Of a stretch of DNA of 64,000 bases, positions 10,467-20,470 are shown piece after piece (position 1 is the stretch's first letter; each line of letters begins with the position of its first letter). Below the pieces are notes generated by a model that saw nothing but the letters and a program-made list of their open reading frames with translations, was not told the origin of the DNA and did not search any database. The DNA is from Planctomycetota bacterium (GTDB taxonomy: Bacteria; Planctomycetota; UBA8108; SXIK01), in NCBI GenBank assembly GCA_965223265.1, contig OZ244999.1:1344001-1408000 (forward strand), given 5' to 3'. A program made the translations under genes and the position numbers.

Positions 10467-11293
10467 ATGAATGGCGGCACAGCGCACGAGCGCGACCCCC
10501 CGGAGCCGTCTCGCCAAAGCATCGAGATCCCCACGCCGGACCCGCTCCTCACGGCGCCGTGGTCGATGCACAAGGCGATGCGGCTCGCCCGTTCCTTCGG
10601 CCCCGCCGCTGTGGTCGCCTCGCTGTCGATCGGGGCGGGGGAGACGATCCTCGTGACCGGACTCGGGGCCTGGGCCGAGTACCGGTTGCTGTGGTTTCTC
10701 CTCCTCAGCGTGGCCGTCAAGGGCGTCGTGGTGATCTACCTGATCGGTCGTTACACGGCAGTGTCCGGACAATCCGTCGTGCGGCGCCTCGTCGAGCTCC
10801 CGGGACCCCGCGGTTGGCTGCCGCTTGCCATGGTTGTCGCGGAGGTCGGTCTTCTCAGCCTGGCGTATACCGCGGTGGGGAAGCCCTGTGGGAATCTGTT
10901 GGCGCACCTAACGCAGGACTTCCTTCCCGCGGGCCTGAGCTTCGCAGTCGTGTCAGCCATGACTGTCTGAGCGCAATCTGGCCCAGCTTCGGAGCCTTCT
11001 CCAAGCGTCGTCTGCAGGGGTTGATCGCGGCCTGGTTCTTCGTCACCTCTCTCATCTGGACTTGGACCGGCGTCACGTTTGACGTGTTGACGCAGATCGG
11101 CGCTTTCGTCACCACCAACCTCGGTCTCTGCCTGGCCACCTTGTGCGTCCTCGTCTTTACGGCTCGCTTGCCGCGTCTCTACCGCCCCCCGTGGTGGGTG
11201 CTGGCCGGCGGTGCGCTCTCTGTACTGACTCTTCTCGCTTGTTCCGTAGGCGGCGCTGTCGGCCTATGGCGTAGACTGTGGGCGTCCCTTTGA
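10467..11293 (+). pseudogene. NRAMP/APC-superfamily transporter remnant with internal deletion and frameshift
   Basis: N-terminal half (FGPAAVVASLSIGAGETIL...LIGRYTAVSGQS) stops at 10970; a C-terminal TM part (SRVSHDCLSAIWP...LPRLYRPPWW) continues in another frame to 11293; the central helices are missing. Confidence 0.75.
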
Positions 11294-11334
11294 GCTGCTT
11301 GCCTGTCTCAAGGATTTGCGAAGATGGACGCTAA

Positions 11335-11426
11335 CCTCGAGCTTGGCCATTTCGCGCCGGCCTGGCCGGACGAGTTTCGCGGGGATTCAAAGGCCCGTTC
11401 GACTTTTTTTTGTACCTGAGAACCCT
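11335..11426. repeat. Partial (left-end) copy of MITE-like element B
   Basis: CCTCGAGCTTGGCCATTTCGCGCCGGCCTGGCCGGACGAGTTTCGCGG...GAGAACCCT is near-identical to about 24408-24498; preceded by CTAA. Confidence 0.85.
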
Positions 11427-11481
11427 CCACAAGCGCATTCGGGCAGACCGTCAGAGAGTCGCGAAAAGCCGGGAGCGTCAC

Positions 11482-12891
11482 ATGTCTCGCGTAATCAGGA
11501 TTCCTGACTCCGCGTTTGGCGGGGTGTGGTCGGTCGCGGCGCGAAGGCACTCTCTCGTGTTGCTCGTCTGTTGGCTGGCGTGGAGTGTGCAAGGCGCCGA
11601 AGTGCTGGTGATTCGCGGCGCTACGATCTTCGACTCGGCTTCCGGCCGGCTGCTACCGGACCGCACCATCGTGGTCGATGGAGAGCGCATCCGGGCCATC
11701 GGGACACCGCAAGACCCAGTGACGGTGCCGCTCGACGCTCGGGTGCTTGACGCCGCGGGGAAGTACGTGCTCCCGGGCTTCATCGACGCGCATGTCCATC
11801 TCGTACACCTGGCCGATCGCACGCGCGTCACCGGCGATGAATTCCTGCCTCTCTTCCTGGCGGCTGGGGTGACCTCGGTACGCAGCACGGGCGATGCCAT
11901 CGTCGCTCAGGCGGGAGTTGCCCACTACGCGGAGGCTCGCCCGAATCTCTGCCCACGGGTGTTCCTAGCCAGTCCGCTGATCGACGGAGATCCTCCCGTG
12001 CACCGGGACGTCGGCTACAGCTTGACGGATCCAACGCAGATCGTGTCGTTCGTCGACGACATGGCAGCTTGGGACGTCGTGACCCTGAAGATTTACGTCG
12101 GAACACCGCGAAGCATTGGCCGCGAAATCATCCGCGAGGGGCACCGAAGAGGCATGACGGTCACAGCTCACCTCGGGCGATACACGGCGCAGGATGCAGT
12201 GCGCGATGGCATCGATGCCTTGGAGCATATCTGGAGTGTCTTCAACTACAGTATTCCGCCTGAGGCGAAAGCCGAACCTCACCATCGGGCGCGTCTCGAC
12301 TTGAACAACCCGCAGTGCCAAGCGCTCGTCGCGGCGATCGCTCAGAACGACGTCGCTGTCGATCCGACGCTCGTCGTCTTCCGCAACATGATCTATCTCA
12401 ATGACCTCGAGGAAGTCCACGCACACGCCGATTTGAAGCACGTCCCCAAGCGTATGCTGCGCTATTGGGACGCCTACCGTGCAGAAAAGAACCTACCGCT
12501 GGCGACGCGGTATCTTCGCCTTCAGGAGGTGCAGAAGTACCAGGAGCTCACGGGCATGCTGCACCGGGCTGGCGTCTCGCTTCTCGTCGGCACCGACAGC
12601 CCGGAGCCCTACGTGACGCCGGGGTTCTCTCTGCACGAGGAGCTAGCGCTGCTCGTCGAGTCGGGCTTGTCCCCCGCCGATGCTCTGCGAGCGGCGACCC
12701 TCAACAACGCCGCCATCATCCAGCAGACGGACCAGCTGGGAAGCGTCGAAGTCGGCAAGCTCGCCGATCTGGTGATCCTTGGCGCCGATCCCACGGCGGA
12801 CATTCGCAATACGCGTCGCATCGAGTGGGTCGTGCGCGGCGGAGAGCTTTGTGAGCCGCGTGCGGTCTTGCGTGCAGTCCCACGAGAATGA
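11482..12891 (+). CDS. Amidohydrolase family protein (imidazolonepropionase-like fold), probably exported
   Basis: PGFIDAHVH metal motif, VGTDSP, GSVEVGKLADLVIL. The ORF-track start (11410) lies inside a repeat, so the start was moved to ATG 11482. Confidence 0.88.
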   Translation: MSRVIRIPDSAFGGVWSVAARRHSLVLLVCWLAWSVQGAEVLVIRGATIFDSASGRLLPDRTIVVDGERIRAIGTPQDPVTVPLDARVLDAAGKYVLPGFIDAHVHLVHLADRTRVTGDEFLPLFLAAGVTSVRSTGDAIVAQAGVAHYAEARPNLCPRVFLASPLIDGDPPVHRDVGYSLTDPTQIVSFVDDMAAWDVVTLKIYVGTPRSIGREIIREGHRRGMTVTAHLGRYTAQDAVRDGIDALEHIWSVFNYSIPPEAKAEPHHRARLDLNNPQCQALVAAIAQNDVAVDPTLVVFRNMIYLNDLEEVHAHADLKHVPKRMLRYWDAYRAEKNLPLATRYLRLQEVQKYQELTGMLHRAGVSLLVGTDSPEPYVTPGFSLHEELALLVESGLSPADALRAATLNNAAIIQQTDQLGSVEVGKLADLVILGADPTADIRNTRRIEWVVRGGELCEPRAVLRAVPRE

Positions 12892-13095
12892 GCCAGGGCA
12901 TGCCAGCGAGGTTCTTCTCACAGCTTTGGTAGCGAGACGCCGCAAGTCGTGGCCTGACGTTCTCCTCGCAGCCATCGTGTTGGCCGGCGTCGTGTTGCAG
13001 TCGTCTCCCGACCGCGACAAACTGGTAGCGCTCGAATCCGGCGCGTCGCCTTCAGGCGCAGGCTGATCTTGATCTGTTGACTCCGGAGCTCCGAC

Positions 13096-16000
13096 ATGCT
13101 GAAGCGACTCGTTCTTGTCGTAGTGCCCATCAGCGCGCTCTGCTGTGGCGAGTCCGCTGCGGGAGAGCACACGACTCCTCGCGGAGAACCGTGGCCCTAC
13201 CATGTCATCGATGACTCGTCGCGAGGCGCAGACGGCGTCAAGCTCGCCGATCTCAACGGCGACGGCCTCATGGATATCGCGACGGGGTGGGAGGAGGGCG
13301 GTGTGACCGTAGTCTACCTCCACCCCGGATTCGCTCGCGCGAAGTCGAAGTGGCCGGCGGTCACCGTCGGCCAAACTCCCTCCGTCGAGGACGCGGTGTT
13401 CGCCGACTTGGACGGCGACGGCGCCCTGGACGTCGTGAGCTGCTGCGAGGGAGCGACGCGGAAGATCTTTGCACACTGGGCGCCGAAGGATCGCCGAGAG
13501 ATTCTCACGCAGGATACATGGGAGCAAGCTCCGTTTCCCGAACCACCAGGCGGCGCACAGGAGTGGCTGTTCGCGTGGCCCATGCAGGTGGACGGCAAGA
13601 ACGGCGTCGACCTCGTCGCAGGTTCAAAGGGCGATGGTGCAAGCGTCGGTTGGTTTCAAGCACCGCAGAACGGGCGGGACCTAGCTGCGTACCGCTGGCA
13701 TCCGATGTCGCGCGCGGGGTGGACCATGTCGATTTGGAAGCGCGACATGGATGGGGATGGAGACCTCGATATCGTCGTGTCGGATCGCTTTGGCGAGCTT
13801 CGCGGCTGTCGGTGGTTAGAAAATCCTGGCGCGCTGCCAGCACAGACGCAGCCTTGGAGGTCCCGTTTCATGGGAGCGCAGGGCGAGGAGGTCCTGAGCA
13901 TGGCACTCGCAGACCTGGACCGCGACGGCTTGGAGGACGCCGTCGTGGCGGTCAAGGACAAGAGGATTCTGTTTCTCAAGAGACTCGACACGGCCGGTTT
14001 GAGGTGGCAGACCCACGAAATCTCCGCCGACTTCGACACCGGCAACACACGCGCGGTGGTCGTGGCGGATGTCAACAGCGATGGGCGGGACGACCTGGTG
14101 TTCACGACCTGGAACTCGCAGGGCAAGCACGGAGTGCTCTGGATGGAGTACCAGCGAAGCCCGACGGATCGGGATTGGATGCCGTACCCGATCAGCGGGA
14201 AAGAGAAGGGGATCAAGTACGACCGCATTGAGATGCTCGACATGGACGGAGACGGGGATCTCGATTTGCTCACGTGCGAAGAGCGCGAAGGGGGGCATGG
14301 GATGGGGGTCTTCTGGTATGAAAACCCAATCGACCAGGGCCCGAACCCGTCGGCCGTTGCCAATGAGCCCTCCGCGCCGCGGGATCGCTTGCTCTTAGAC
14401 GATGACTTCTCCGGCCTAAAGCCAGGGCAGTTTTCCAGCGTCGTCGGTGCCCACACCGAGTACCACTATCTGCCCGCTAGCGCTCCGAAAGGTGGATGGT
14501 CCGTGAGCTCCTTCACTTCACGGATTGGCTTCCAGCGTGCCTGGAAGGTCTTCGCCGTCGACGGTGACGCGACGCTCGCGCAGACTTTCGACAACGTGAA
14601 GACCAAGCACGCTCACCCCTTCGTCGTCTCCGGCGATCCAGCGTGGCGCGATTATACCCTGACCGTCGACCTCGTGCCCGAGTCGAAACGAGCGCGCAGC
14701 GGTGTCGTGTTTCGCTACCGTAACGATCGCTGCTACTACTTCTTCGGAGTGCATGGAGACGAAGCGGTACTCAAGCTCGTACAGCATGGGACCGCGTTCC
14801 GCAAACCTCTCGAAAGACAGCTCGCGTCGAGACCGTTCGATTGGAATCCCGGCGCTCGGCTCACGGCGCGCGTCCGCCTGGAAGGTAAGACCATTCACGC
14901 AGAGTTCGAAGCCGGTCCGACGCTCATGGCGCGCGACGCGACCTTTCCTACGGGCGGCATCGGCCTGCTGGCGGACGTGCCGACGCGATACCATCGCGTC
15001 TCCGTAGCAGTGGACGCTGCGGAAGAGCGGCGTATCGTCAGCACGATCTCCCAGCGTGTGCGCGAGCTGAGCACTCTGCAAGCCGCTCACCCGAAGCCCG
15101 TTCTCTGGAAAAAGTTCAAGACCGAAGGCTTCGGTGTCGGTCGCAACCTGCGCTTCGGCGACCTCGACGGCGATGGCCGACTCGACCTCCTGATCGGCCA
15201 GGTGATCCACCACGGGCCGAAGGATCGCAACAGTGAGGTCGGCTGCCTGACCGCGATGACCTTCGACGGGGAAAGGCTCTGGCAGCTCGGTGAGCCAGAC
15301 CCGTGGAAGGACCACTTGACGAACGACGTGGGCTTCCAGATCCACGACCTGGACGGCGATGGCGCGACGGAAGTGATCTATTGCAAGAACATGGAGATCG
15401 TCGTCGCCGAGGGTGCGACCGGCAAGACGAAATACAAAGCGCCCACACCCGAGACGCCGCCGTACACCAAGCCGCCGTACAACAAGTTCCCCCGCATCCT
15501 TGGCGACGCGCTCCTCTTCTGCGATCTGCGCGGCACGGGGCACCCGCGCGACATCATCATCAAGGACCGCTACCGGAGCTTCTGGGCTCTCGACGACATG
15601 CTCCGGGTGCTCTGGAGCGGCAGCTGCAATACAGGACACTACCCGTTCCCGTACGACCTGGACGGCGACGGCCGGGACGAGGTCTCGATCGGCTACAGCC
15701 TTTTCGATGACGACGGTAAGCTTCTATGGACGCTCGACGACAGACTGGAAGACCACGCCGACGGCGTGGCCTGGGTGCACTACGGGAAAGACCACGCCGA
15801 GCCACGCCTGATGTGCGCCGCCAGTGACGAGGGCATGGCGTTCGCCGACCCGCGCGGGAACCTGATCAAGCACCACCACATCGGCCACGTGCAGAACCCC
15901 GCAGTCGCCGACTTCCGACCCGATCTCCCGGGTCTGGAAACGGTCTCCATCAACTACTGGGGCAACCAGGGCATCATCCACTTCTTCGATGCCGACGGCG

Positions 16001-16362
16001 AGATCTACCACGACGTCGAGCCCTGCCAGCACGGCAGCATGTGTCTACCGATCAACTGGACGGGCAAGCCGGGTGAGCTCTTTGTCCTCTCACCAAGCGT
16101 CGTCGAAGGCGGTCTCTTGGACGGGTGGGGGCGACGCGCCGTGCTCTTCCCCAATGATGGGCACCCCGAGCTGTGTAACGCGGTAATGGATCTCACGGGC
16201 GACTGCCGCGACGAGATCGTCGTTTGGGACGCTAGCGAGGTCTGGGTCTACACGCAGAGCGACAACCCGCTGCCCGGTCGCCTCTACAAGCCAGTGCGCA
16301 ATCCGCTCTACAACTACTCCAACTATCAGGCTACGGTCTCGCTTCCGGGATGGAGCGAGTAA
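13096..16362 (+). CDS. Secreted three-module protein: FG-GAP/VCBS propeller + DUF1080/ConA-like domain + second FG-GAP propeller (rhamnogalacturonan-lyase-like)
   Basis: Signal peptide; many DxDGDGxxD calcium loops in both ends; central GDPAWRDYTLTV...SGVVFRY...GGIGL segment. Confidence 0.7.
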   Translation: MLKRLVLVVVPISALCCGESAAGEHTTPRGEPWPYHVIDDSSRGADGVKLADLNGDGLMDIATGWEEGGVTVVYLHPGFARAKSKWPAVTVGQTPSVEDAVFADLDGDGALDVVSCCEGATRKIFAHWAPKDRREILTQDTWEQAPFPEPPGGAQEWLFAWPMQVDGKNGVDLVAGSKGDGASVGWFQAPQNGRDLAAYRWHPMSRAGWTMSIWKRDMDGDGDLDIVVSDRFGELRGCRWLENPGALPAQTQPWRSRFMGAQGEEVLSMALADLDRDGLEDAVVAVKDKRILFLKRLDTAGLRWQTHEISADFDTGNTRAVVVADVNSDGRDDLVFTTWNSQGKHGVLWMEYQRSPTDRDWMPYPISGKEKGIKYDRIEMLDMDGDGDLDLLTCEEREGGHGMGVFWYENPIDQGPNPSAVANEPSAPRDRLLLDDDFSGLKPGQFSSVVGAHTEYHYLPASAPKGGWSVSSFTSRIGFQRAWKVFAVDGDATLAQTFDNVKTKHAHPFVVSGDPAWRDYTLTVDLVPESKRARSGVVFRYRNDRCYYFFGVHGDEAVLKLVQHGTAFRKPLERQLASRPFDWNPGARLTARVRLEGKTIHAEFEAGPTLMARDATFPTGGIGLLADVPTRYHRVSVAVDAAEERRIVSTISQRVRELSTLQAAHPKPVLWKKFKTEGFGVGRNLRFGDLDGDGRLDLLIGQVIHHGPKDRNSEVGCLTAMTFDGERLWQLGEPDPWKDHLTNDVGFQIHDLDGDGATEVIYCKNMEIVVAEGATGKTKYKAPTPETPPYTKPPYNKFPRILGDALLFCDLRGTGHPRDIIIKDRYRSFWALDDMLRVLWSGSCNTGHYPFPYDLDGDGRDEVSIGYSLFDDDGKLLWTLDDRLEDHADGVAWVHYGKDHAEPRLMCAASDEGMAFADPRGNLIKHHHIGHVQNPAVADFRPDLPGLETVSINYWGNQGIIHFFDADGEIYHDVEPCQHGSMCLPINWTGKPGELFVLSPSVVEGGLLDGWGRRAVLFPNDGHPELCNAVMDLTGDCRDEIVVWDASEVWVYTQSDNPLPGRLYKPVRNPLYNYSNYQATVSLPGWSE

Positions 16363-16375
16363 CCGACGAGTCCGA

Positions 16376-16579
16376 CCCCAACGCCTGCAGAAAAATGACG
16401 GCAAGAAACGCCTTCGGCTCGGTGAATAGCACGCCATTAGCGACGTTCGAACCGCGTCGGCAATGCTCACGTACAGTGAAGTACGCTCCGCGCGCCGCCA
16501 CGTCCCGTCACGTCCTGAAACGCCGCTACTGACGCACTCTTCACCGTTCTTACTCGCCATTTTTCTGCAGGCGTTGGGG
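16376..16579. mobile_element. MITE/REP-like element C with perfect 22-bp terminal inverted repeats
   Basis: CCCCAACGCCTGCAGAAAAATG (16376-16397) and its exact reverse complement (16558-16579); internal GCTCACGTAC-N-GTACGCTCCGC hairpin; lies between convergent genes; no coding capacity. Confidence 0.7.
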
Positions 16580-16702
16580 GTCCGAGTCGAGAAGACGCAC
16601 GGACGAAAACCGAGTTTCGGAGTGACCCTTCCCGAGCGCTCTACGTCGCGACCATCTGAGATCTTGAATGTTGGACAGAGCTCATAGTCCAGCTGCAGCG
16701 CC

Positions 16703-18127
16703 TCACTGGTACCGCCGTCCGGCAGGCTTCTTCGGTTCGCGCTGCGGTCGCGGTTCTGTGCGTGCGGTGGCGAGATACCTTTCGATGCGCGCTACGACGT
16801 CGGGATGCTCTGCAGCGACATCCTGGGTCTCGCCTGGATCGACGCGGAGATCGTAGAGCGCCAGTTTTCCAGCTTCCTCGGAGGCATTTTCTCTCGGCCG
16901 GATGGCCTTCCAGTGCCCGGCACGCACTGCCGAACTTCCCTTGTGTTCCCAGTAAAGGAACTCATGCACGGCTTGCTTGCGTCCGGCCGCGGTCTCACCC
17001 AGGAGCGTCGGCACCACGGAGATACCGTCGGTTCTGTCAGGGACAGTCGTCTGCCCCAGCTCCGCCAACGTCGGGAGCACGTCCGCAAAGTACCACGGGT
17101 GATCGTTCACCACGCCGGCAGGGATCTTGCCGGGCCAGCGAACGATCATTGGCGTGCGGAGGCCGCCCTCGAACAGCCTGCCCTTGCGGCCCCGAAAGGG
17201 CCCGCAGGCCTTGAAGAACTGCGGATCGCTCGCCCCGCCCGTGGCGCCGTTGTCGCTGGTGAAGAAGACGACGGTGCGGTCATCGAGCTCGAGCTCTTTC
17301 AGGAGCCCGAGCAGCTTACCGACGCTGCGGTCCATGTGGGAGATGATCGCCGCGGTGGCGGCCTTCGGCGTCGGCTGCTTGGCGTAGTCGTGCGGGTATC
17401 CGGTCGGCCGTCCCTTCCTGCCTTCATAAGGAGTCTCTGGAAACTTCCCGACGTACTGAGCTAGCGACTCCTCGGGCACGAGCAGCTCGTAGTGGGGGAC
17501 TGCGAACGGCACATAGAGGAAAAAGTGTTCGTCGTGGTGTGATCGGAGGAAGTCCATCGCCTTACTGACGATTTCGTCGTGGGTGTACTGCCCGCGTCGT
17601 CCGTCCGAGTTGCCCGGTAGTGGGTACTTGCGCTCGTTCTGCCAGAGATACTCGGGGTAGTAAAAGTGCGCATGGATCTGATGCAGGTAGCCGAAGAACT
17701 CGTCGAAGCCCTGCTTGTAGGGCACGCCGGTGGTGCCGTGCTCGCCAAGTCCCCACTTGCCGAACAACCCCGTAACGTATCCCGCGCCCTTGAGGACCTC
17801 AGCGACGGTGACATCCTCGGGTGCCAGAGGGATGCCACCACTGTTGCCACGCACCGGAGTGTGGCCAGCGTGGAGCCCGGTCATGAGAACACTACGCGAC
17901 GGCGCACACACAGGGGCGCCCGCGTACGCTGAGGTGAAGCGCATCCCTTCTGCCGCAAAGCGGTCCAGGTGAGGGGTCTGGATCTTCGTCTGGCCATAGC
18001 AACCCAGGTGCGCGTAACCGAGGTCATCGGCCATGATGAAGACGATGTTGGGACGCTCCCCATCGGCCGCACGGAGGGGTTGGACGAGACCCAGGAGACA
18101 GCACATCCATGCAAAGAGAATCTTCAT
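16703..18127 (-). CDS. Arylsulfatase (formylglycine-dependent, S1 family)
   Basis: Signal peptide; PNIVFIMADDLG; CAPSRSVLMTG (CxPxR); GKWGLG; FTSDNG. Alternative start 18157. Confidence 0.93.
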   Translation of the reverse strand: MKILFAWMCCLLGLVQPLRAADGERPNIVFIMADDLGYAHLGCYGQTKIQTPHLDRFAAEGMRFTSAYAGAPVCAPSRSVLMTGLHAGHTPVRGNSGGIPLAPEDVTVAEVLKGAGYVTGLFGKWGLGEHGTTGVPYKQGFDEFFGYLHQIHAHFYYPEYLWQNERKYPLPGNSDGRRGQYTHDEIVSKAMDFLRSHHDEHFFLYVPFAVPHYELLVPEESLAQYVGKFPETPYEGRKGRPTGYPHDYAKQPTPKAATAAIISHMDRSVGKLLGLLKELELDDRTVVFFTSDNGATGGASDPQFFKACGPFRGRKGRLFEGGLRTPMIVRWPGKIPAGVVNDHPWYFADVLPTLAELGQTTVPDRTDGISVVPTLLGETAAGRKQAVHEFLYWEHKGSSAVRAGHWKAIRPRENASEEAGKLALYDLRVDPGETQDVAAEHPDVVARIERYLATARTEPRPQREPKKPAGRRYQ

Positions 18128-18184
18128 ACGTTTGTCCTTCCGTTGGCTCGGACTCATCGATGGGTCCTGAATCGTAGCGAGACC

Positions 18185-20404
18185 TCAGGGTTCCGAGCTC
18201 TCGATGCGAAGCAGGAACAACTGGCGGGTGTGCTCCTGGTCATCGGCGATTGAAGGGAAAAGGATCTGTGTGCCGTCTCGGTTCCAGCACGGGGCTGGGT
18301 CGTTTCGGAGCTCTCCGGATGTCCAGCCGTGTTGGTCGAAGGCTTTCGTCTGCAGGTGAAAGCCATCCGCGAGTCGGAGCAAGACGAAACGGTTCTTGCC
18401 CTCTACCCGGTACCCATTGACGAGCCACGAGCCGTCCGGCGAGAGCGCGATGTCCCCGCCTGGCCGCGGCAGCAGTTCGCGCGTTCCGAGCGTTTTCACG
18501 ACGCGCTGCGTTTCCGTGTCGTAGAGGACTTGGTCGTCTCCGAGCGCGCCGATCATGTGTTGCCCTGACTCCCATTCGGGGTGCCCTCCGATGTGATCCT
18601 TCAAACGAACCAGCGCCGTGCCGTCCGGGCGCATGAGGAACGAAGCGTTGATCTTTCTTTCTCCAGGATTGCGGTCCTGTCGCCAGCCCCCGCGAGCGAA
18701 GAAGAAGATCTGGTTGCCGTCTCGATTCCAGAGCGTGTGGTTGATGAAAAGCGGCGTCTCGGCGACGAAGGGATGCGATCTGGCGAGCGCGTCCCGCAGC
18801 TGAGCGAAAGACACGAGAAGGTGTTTCGTTCCGTGTTCGATGTCGACCCGGTAGATGCCGTCGTCCTCGGGGTGGAATACGCCCTGCGTCCAGTCGGGAG
18901 CGCCTGCGTATCCCGTGACGGGGCGCAGCCGCGCCATGCGCGCGTAGTTGATCGCGAGAAAACTGCCTCCGCTCTGAGCGACGCCGCTGTTCGCCACCGG
19001 CGTGTCGTCGAAACGGTACTCACGGACGCGGACTCTCTTCTCCACGTCGTAGAGAACCGTGAAGATGTGGCCGGTTCGACGGTCCCGGTCGTTGAAGAAG
19101 AACTGTGTCTCCGCTGCATCCGGATTCCAGTAAAGCATCGTTCCCTGTTGCGGATTCCAGCCTCGGGTCTCGTCTACTTTGATGGCGTTGTAGTCGCTCT
19201 TCGTGTCGAGCAAGACGATGTCCGCGGGCTCGTCGGCTCCGGGCATGTGATCTTGGAAAGACGTGCGTAGAGCCGCGATGTAGCGACCGCTCGCGTTCCA
19301 CGGGATCGTGCCGACGTGGCCGATGTAGCCGAAGAAGTGGTGGCGTGGTCCGGTGGTGATCTGGCGGACCGTGAGCTTCGGGGAGCGCGCCACCCCGCTT
19401 GCGGCCGGACCGCGAGAATGCGGCCGGGGCGGCTCGGGGCTGTCGGGAACGGCCGCTGGCTGGAGAGTTCTTGCGAACACTGCGTCCTGAAACAGCGCGG
19501 CTTCCACGCCCTTGGCTTCGTAGACCCGACGGGCGTTGTGACCCACGCCGGGGACAAGGCTCAGCTCACAGGGTAGCTCCTTCGCCAGCAGTGCGTCTCG
19601 AAACGTGACGGCCGACGCTTTCCACTTGTCGGCGTCGCCGCAGATGAGCAGGAAACGTGTCCCGCGCTCGCGCAGGACGGCGTGGTTTTTTTCGAGAAAG
19701 TGATAGGTGTTGTTCTGACGGATCAGCTCCGGGTCGCTGTTCAGGTTGCGACGGAGAATATCGAGGAGCCACGGGTCGGTGGTATGTTCCAGGTCGATAG
19801 CACCGCCCCCTCCTGCAACGGCGGCGCAGAAGAGATCTGGATACTTGATCGTGAGCTTTAACGCGCCGCTGGACCCCATCGAAAAGCCGTGCACCGCTCG
19901 CGCGTCGCGCGTCGCGACGGTCCGCAGGGTCGCATCGATTCTGGGGACCAACTCGCGAACGATCATCGATTCGACCATCGTCTTGCCGTCATGGTGATCC
20001 ATGTAGCCGGATCGATACCCGGTGGGATAGACAAGAATCACCTCACGGATTCCTCGCCCTTGGCGAGAATAGAGCTCACTCCAGAAGCTCGCAGTAAAGA
20101 GCCCCGTCGTTTCGTTCCCGCCGCCGCCGTGCAGCCAGTAGACAACCGGATAGCGCCTGGCCGTGTCGCGTTCGTAGCTCGGCGGCAGGACAACGCAATA
20201 TCCCACCTCGATTCCCATCCATCGGCTCTCGAACGTCTCGTGGCGAAGCCCCGGAATGTCGCTGCGTTGCCGATCGGAGGGTGGATGCACCCACGTCGAC
20301 CGGGGTTGATCTGCGGCGAGCAGGAGTAGAGCCAGGCTCAGCGACGCTGCAAGATTCGCGGCGCTGCGACGTCGGACTCGGCGTTTGGTCAGGAGAGGTC
20401 TCAT
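18185..20404 (-). CDS. Fusion of an alpha/beta-hydrolase esterase and an oligogalacturonate-lyase/TolB-like beta-propeller
   Basis: YPVVYWLHGGGG, GFSMG nucleophile elbow, PGVGH; Pro-rich linker; then HHFFGYIGH...WNPQQGTML...HPEW...DPAPCWNRDG. Start chosen at ATG 20404 before a hydrophobic signal. Confidence 0.75.
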   Translation of the reverse strand: MRPLLTKRRVRRRSAANLAASLSLALLLLAADQPRSTWVHPPSDRQRSDIPGLRHETFESRWMGIEVGYCVVLPPSYERDTARRYPVVYWLHGGGGNETTGLFTASFWSELYSRQGRGIREVILVYPTGYRSGYMDHHDGKTMVESMIVRELVPRIDATLRTVATRDARAVHGFSMGSSGALKLTIKYPDLFCAAVAGGGGAIDLEHTTDPWLLDILRRNLNSDPELIRQNNTYHFLEKNHAVLRERGTRFLLICGDADKWKASAVTFRDALLAKELPCELSLVPGVGHNARRVYEAKGVEAALFQDAVFARTLQPAAVPDSPEPPRPHSRGPAASGVARSPKLTVRQITTGPRHHFFGYIGHVGTIPWNASGRYIAALRTSFQDHMPGADEPADIVLLDTKSDYNAIKVDETRGWNPQQGTMLYWNPDAAETQFFFNDRDRRTGHIFTVLYDVEKRVRVREYRFDDTPVANSGVAQSGGSFLAINYARMARLRPVTGYAGAPDWTQGVFHPEDDGIYRVDIEHGTKHLLVSFAQLRDALARSHPFVAETPLFINHTLWNRDGNQIFFFARGGWRQDRNPGERKINASFLMRPDGTALVRLKDHIGGHPEWESGQHMIGALGDDQVLYDTETQRVVKTLGTRELLPRPGGDIALSPDGSWLVNGYRVEGKNRFVLLRLADGFHLQTKAFDQHGWTSGELRNDPAPCWNRDGTQILFPSIADDQEHTRQLFLLRIESSEP

Positions 20405-20470
20405 CCGTTGATGCGTTGCGACGTCGACGTTGAACATCCCGTCGTCGATGGCGACGTCCCGCGGGACGCA

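Noticed and set aside
10968-10970. TGA read-through (selenocysteine) in the transporter gene
   Set aside because: The homologous C-terminal part is in a different frame and much sequence is missing, so deletion explains it better.
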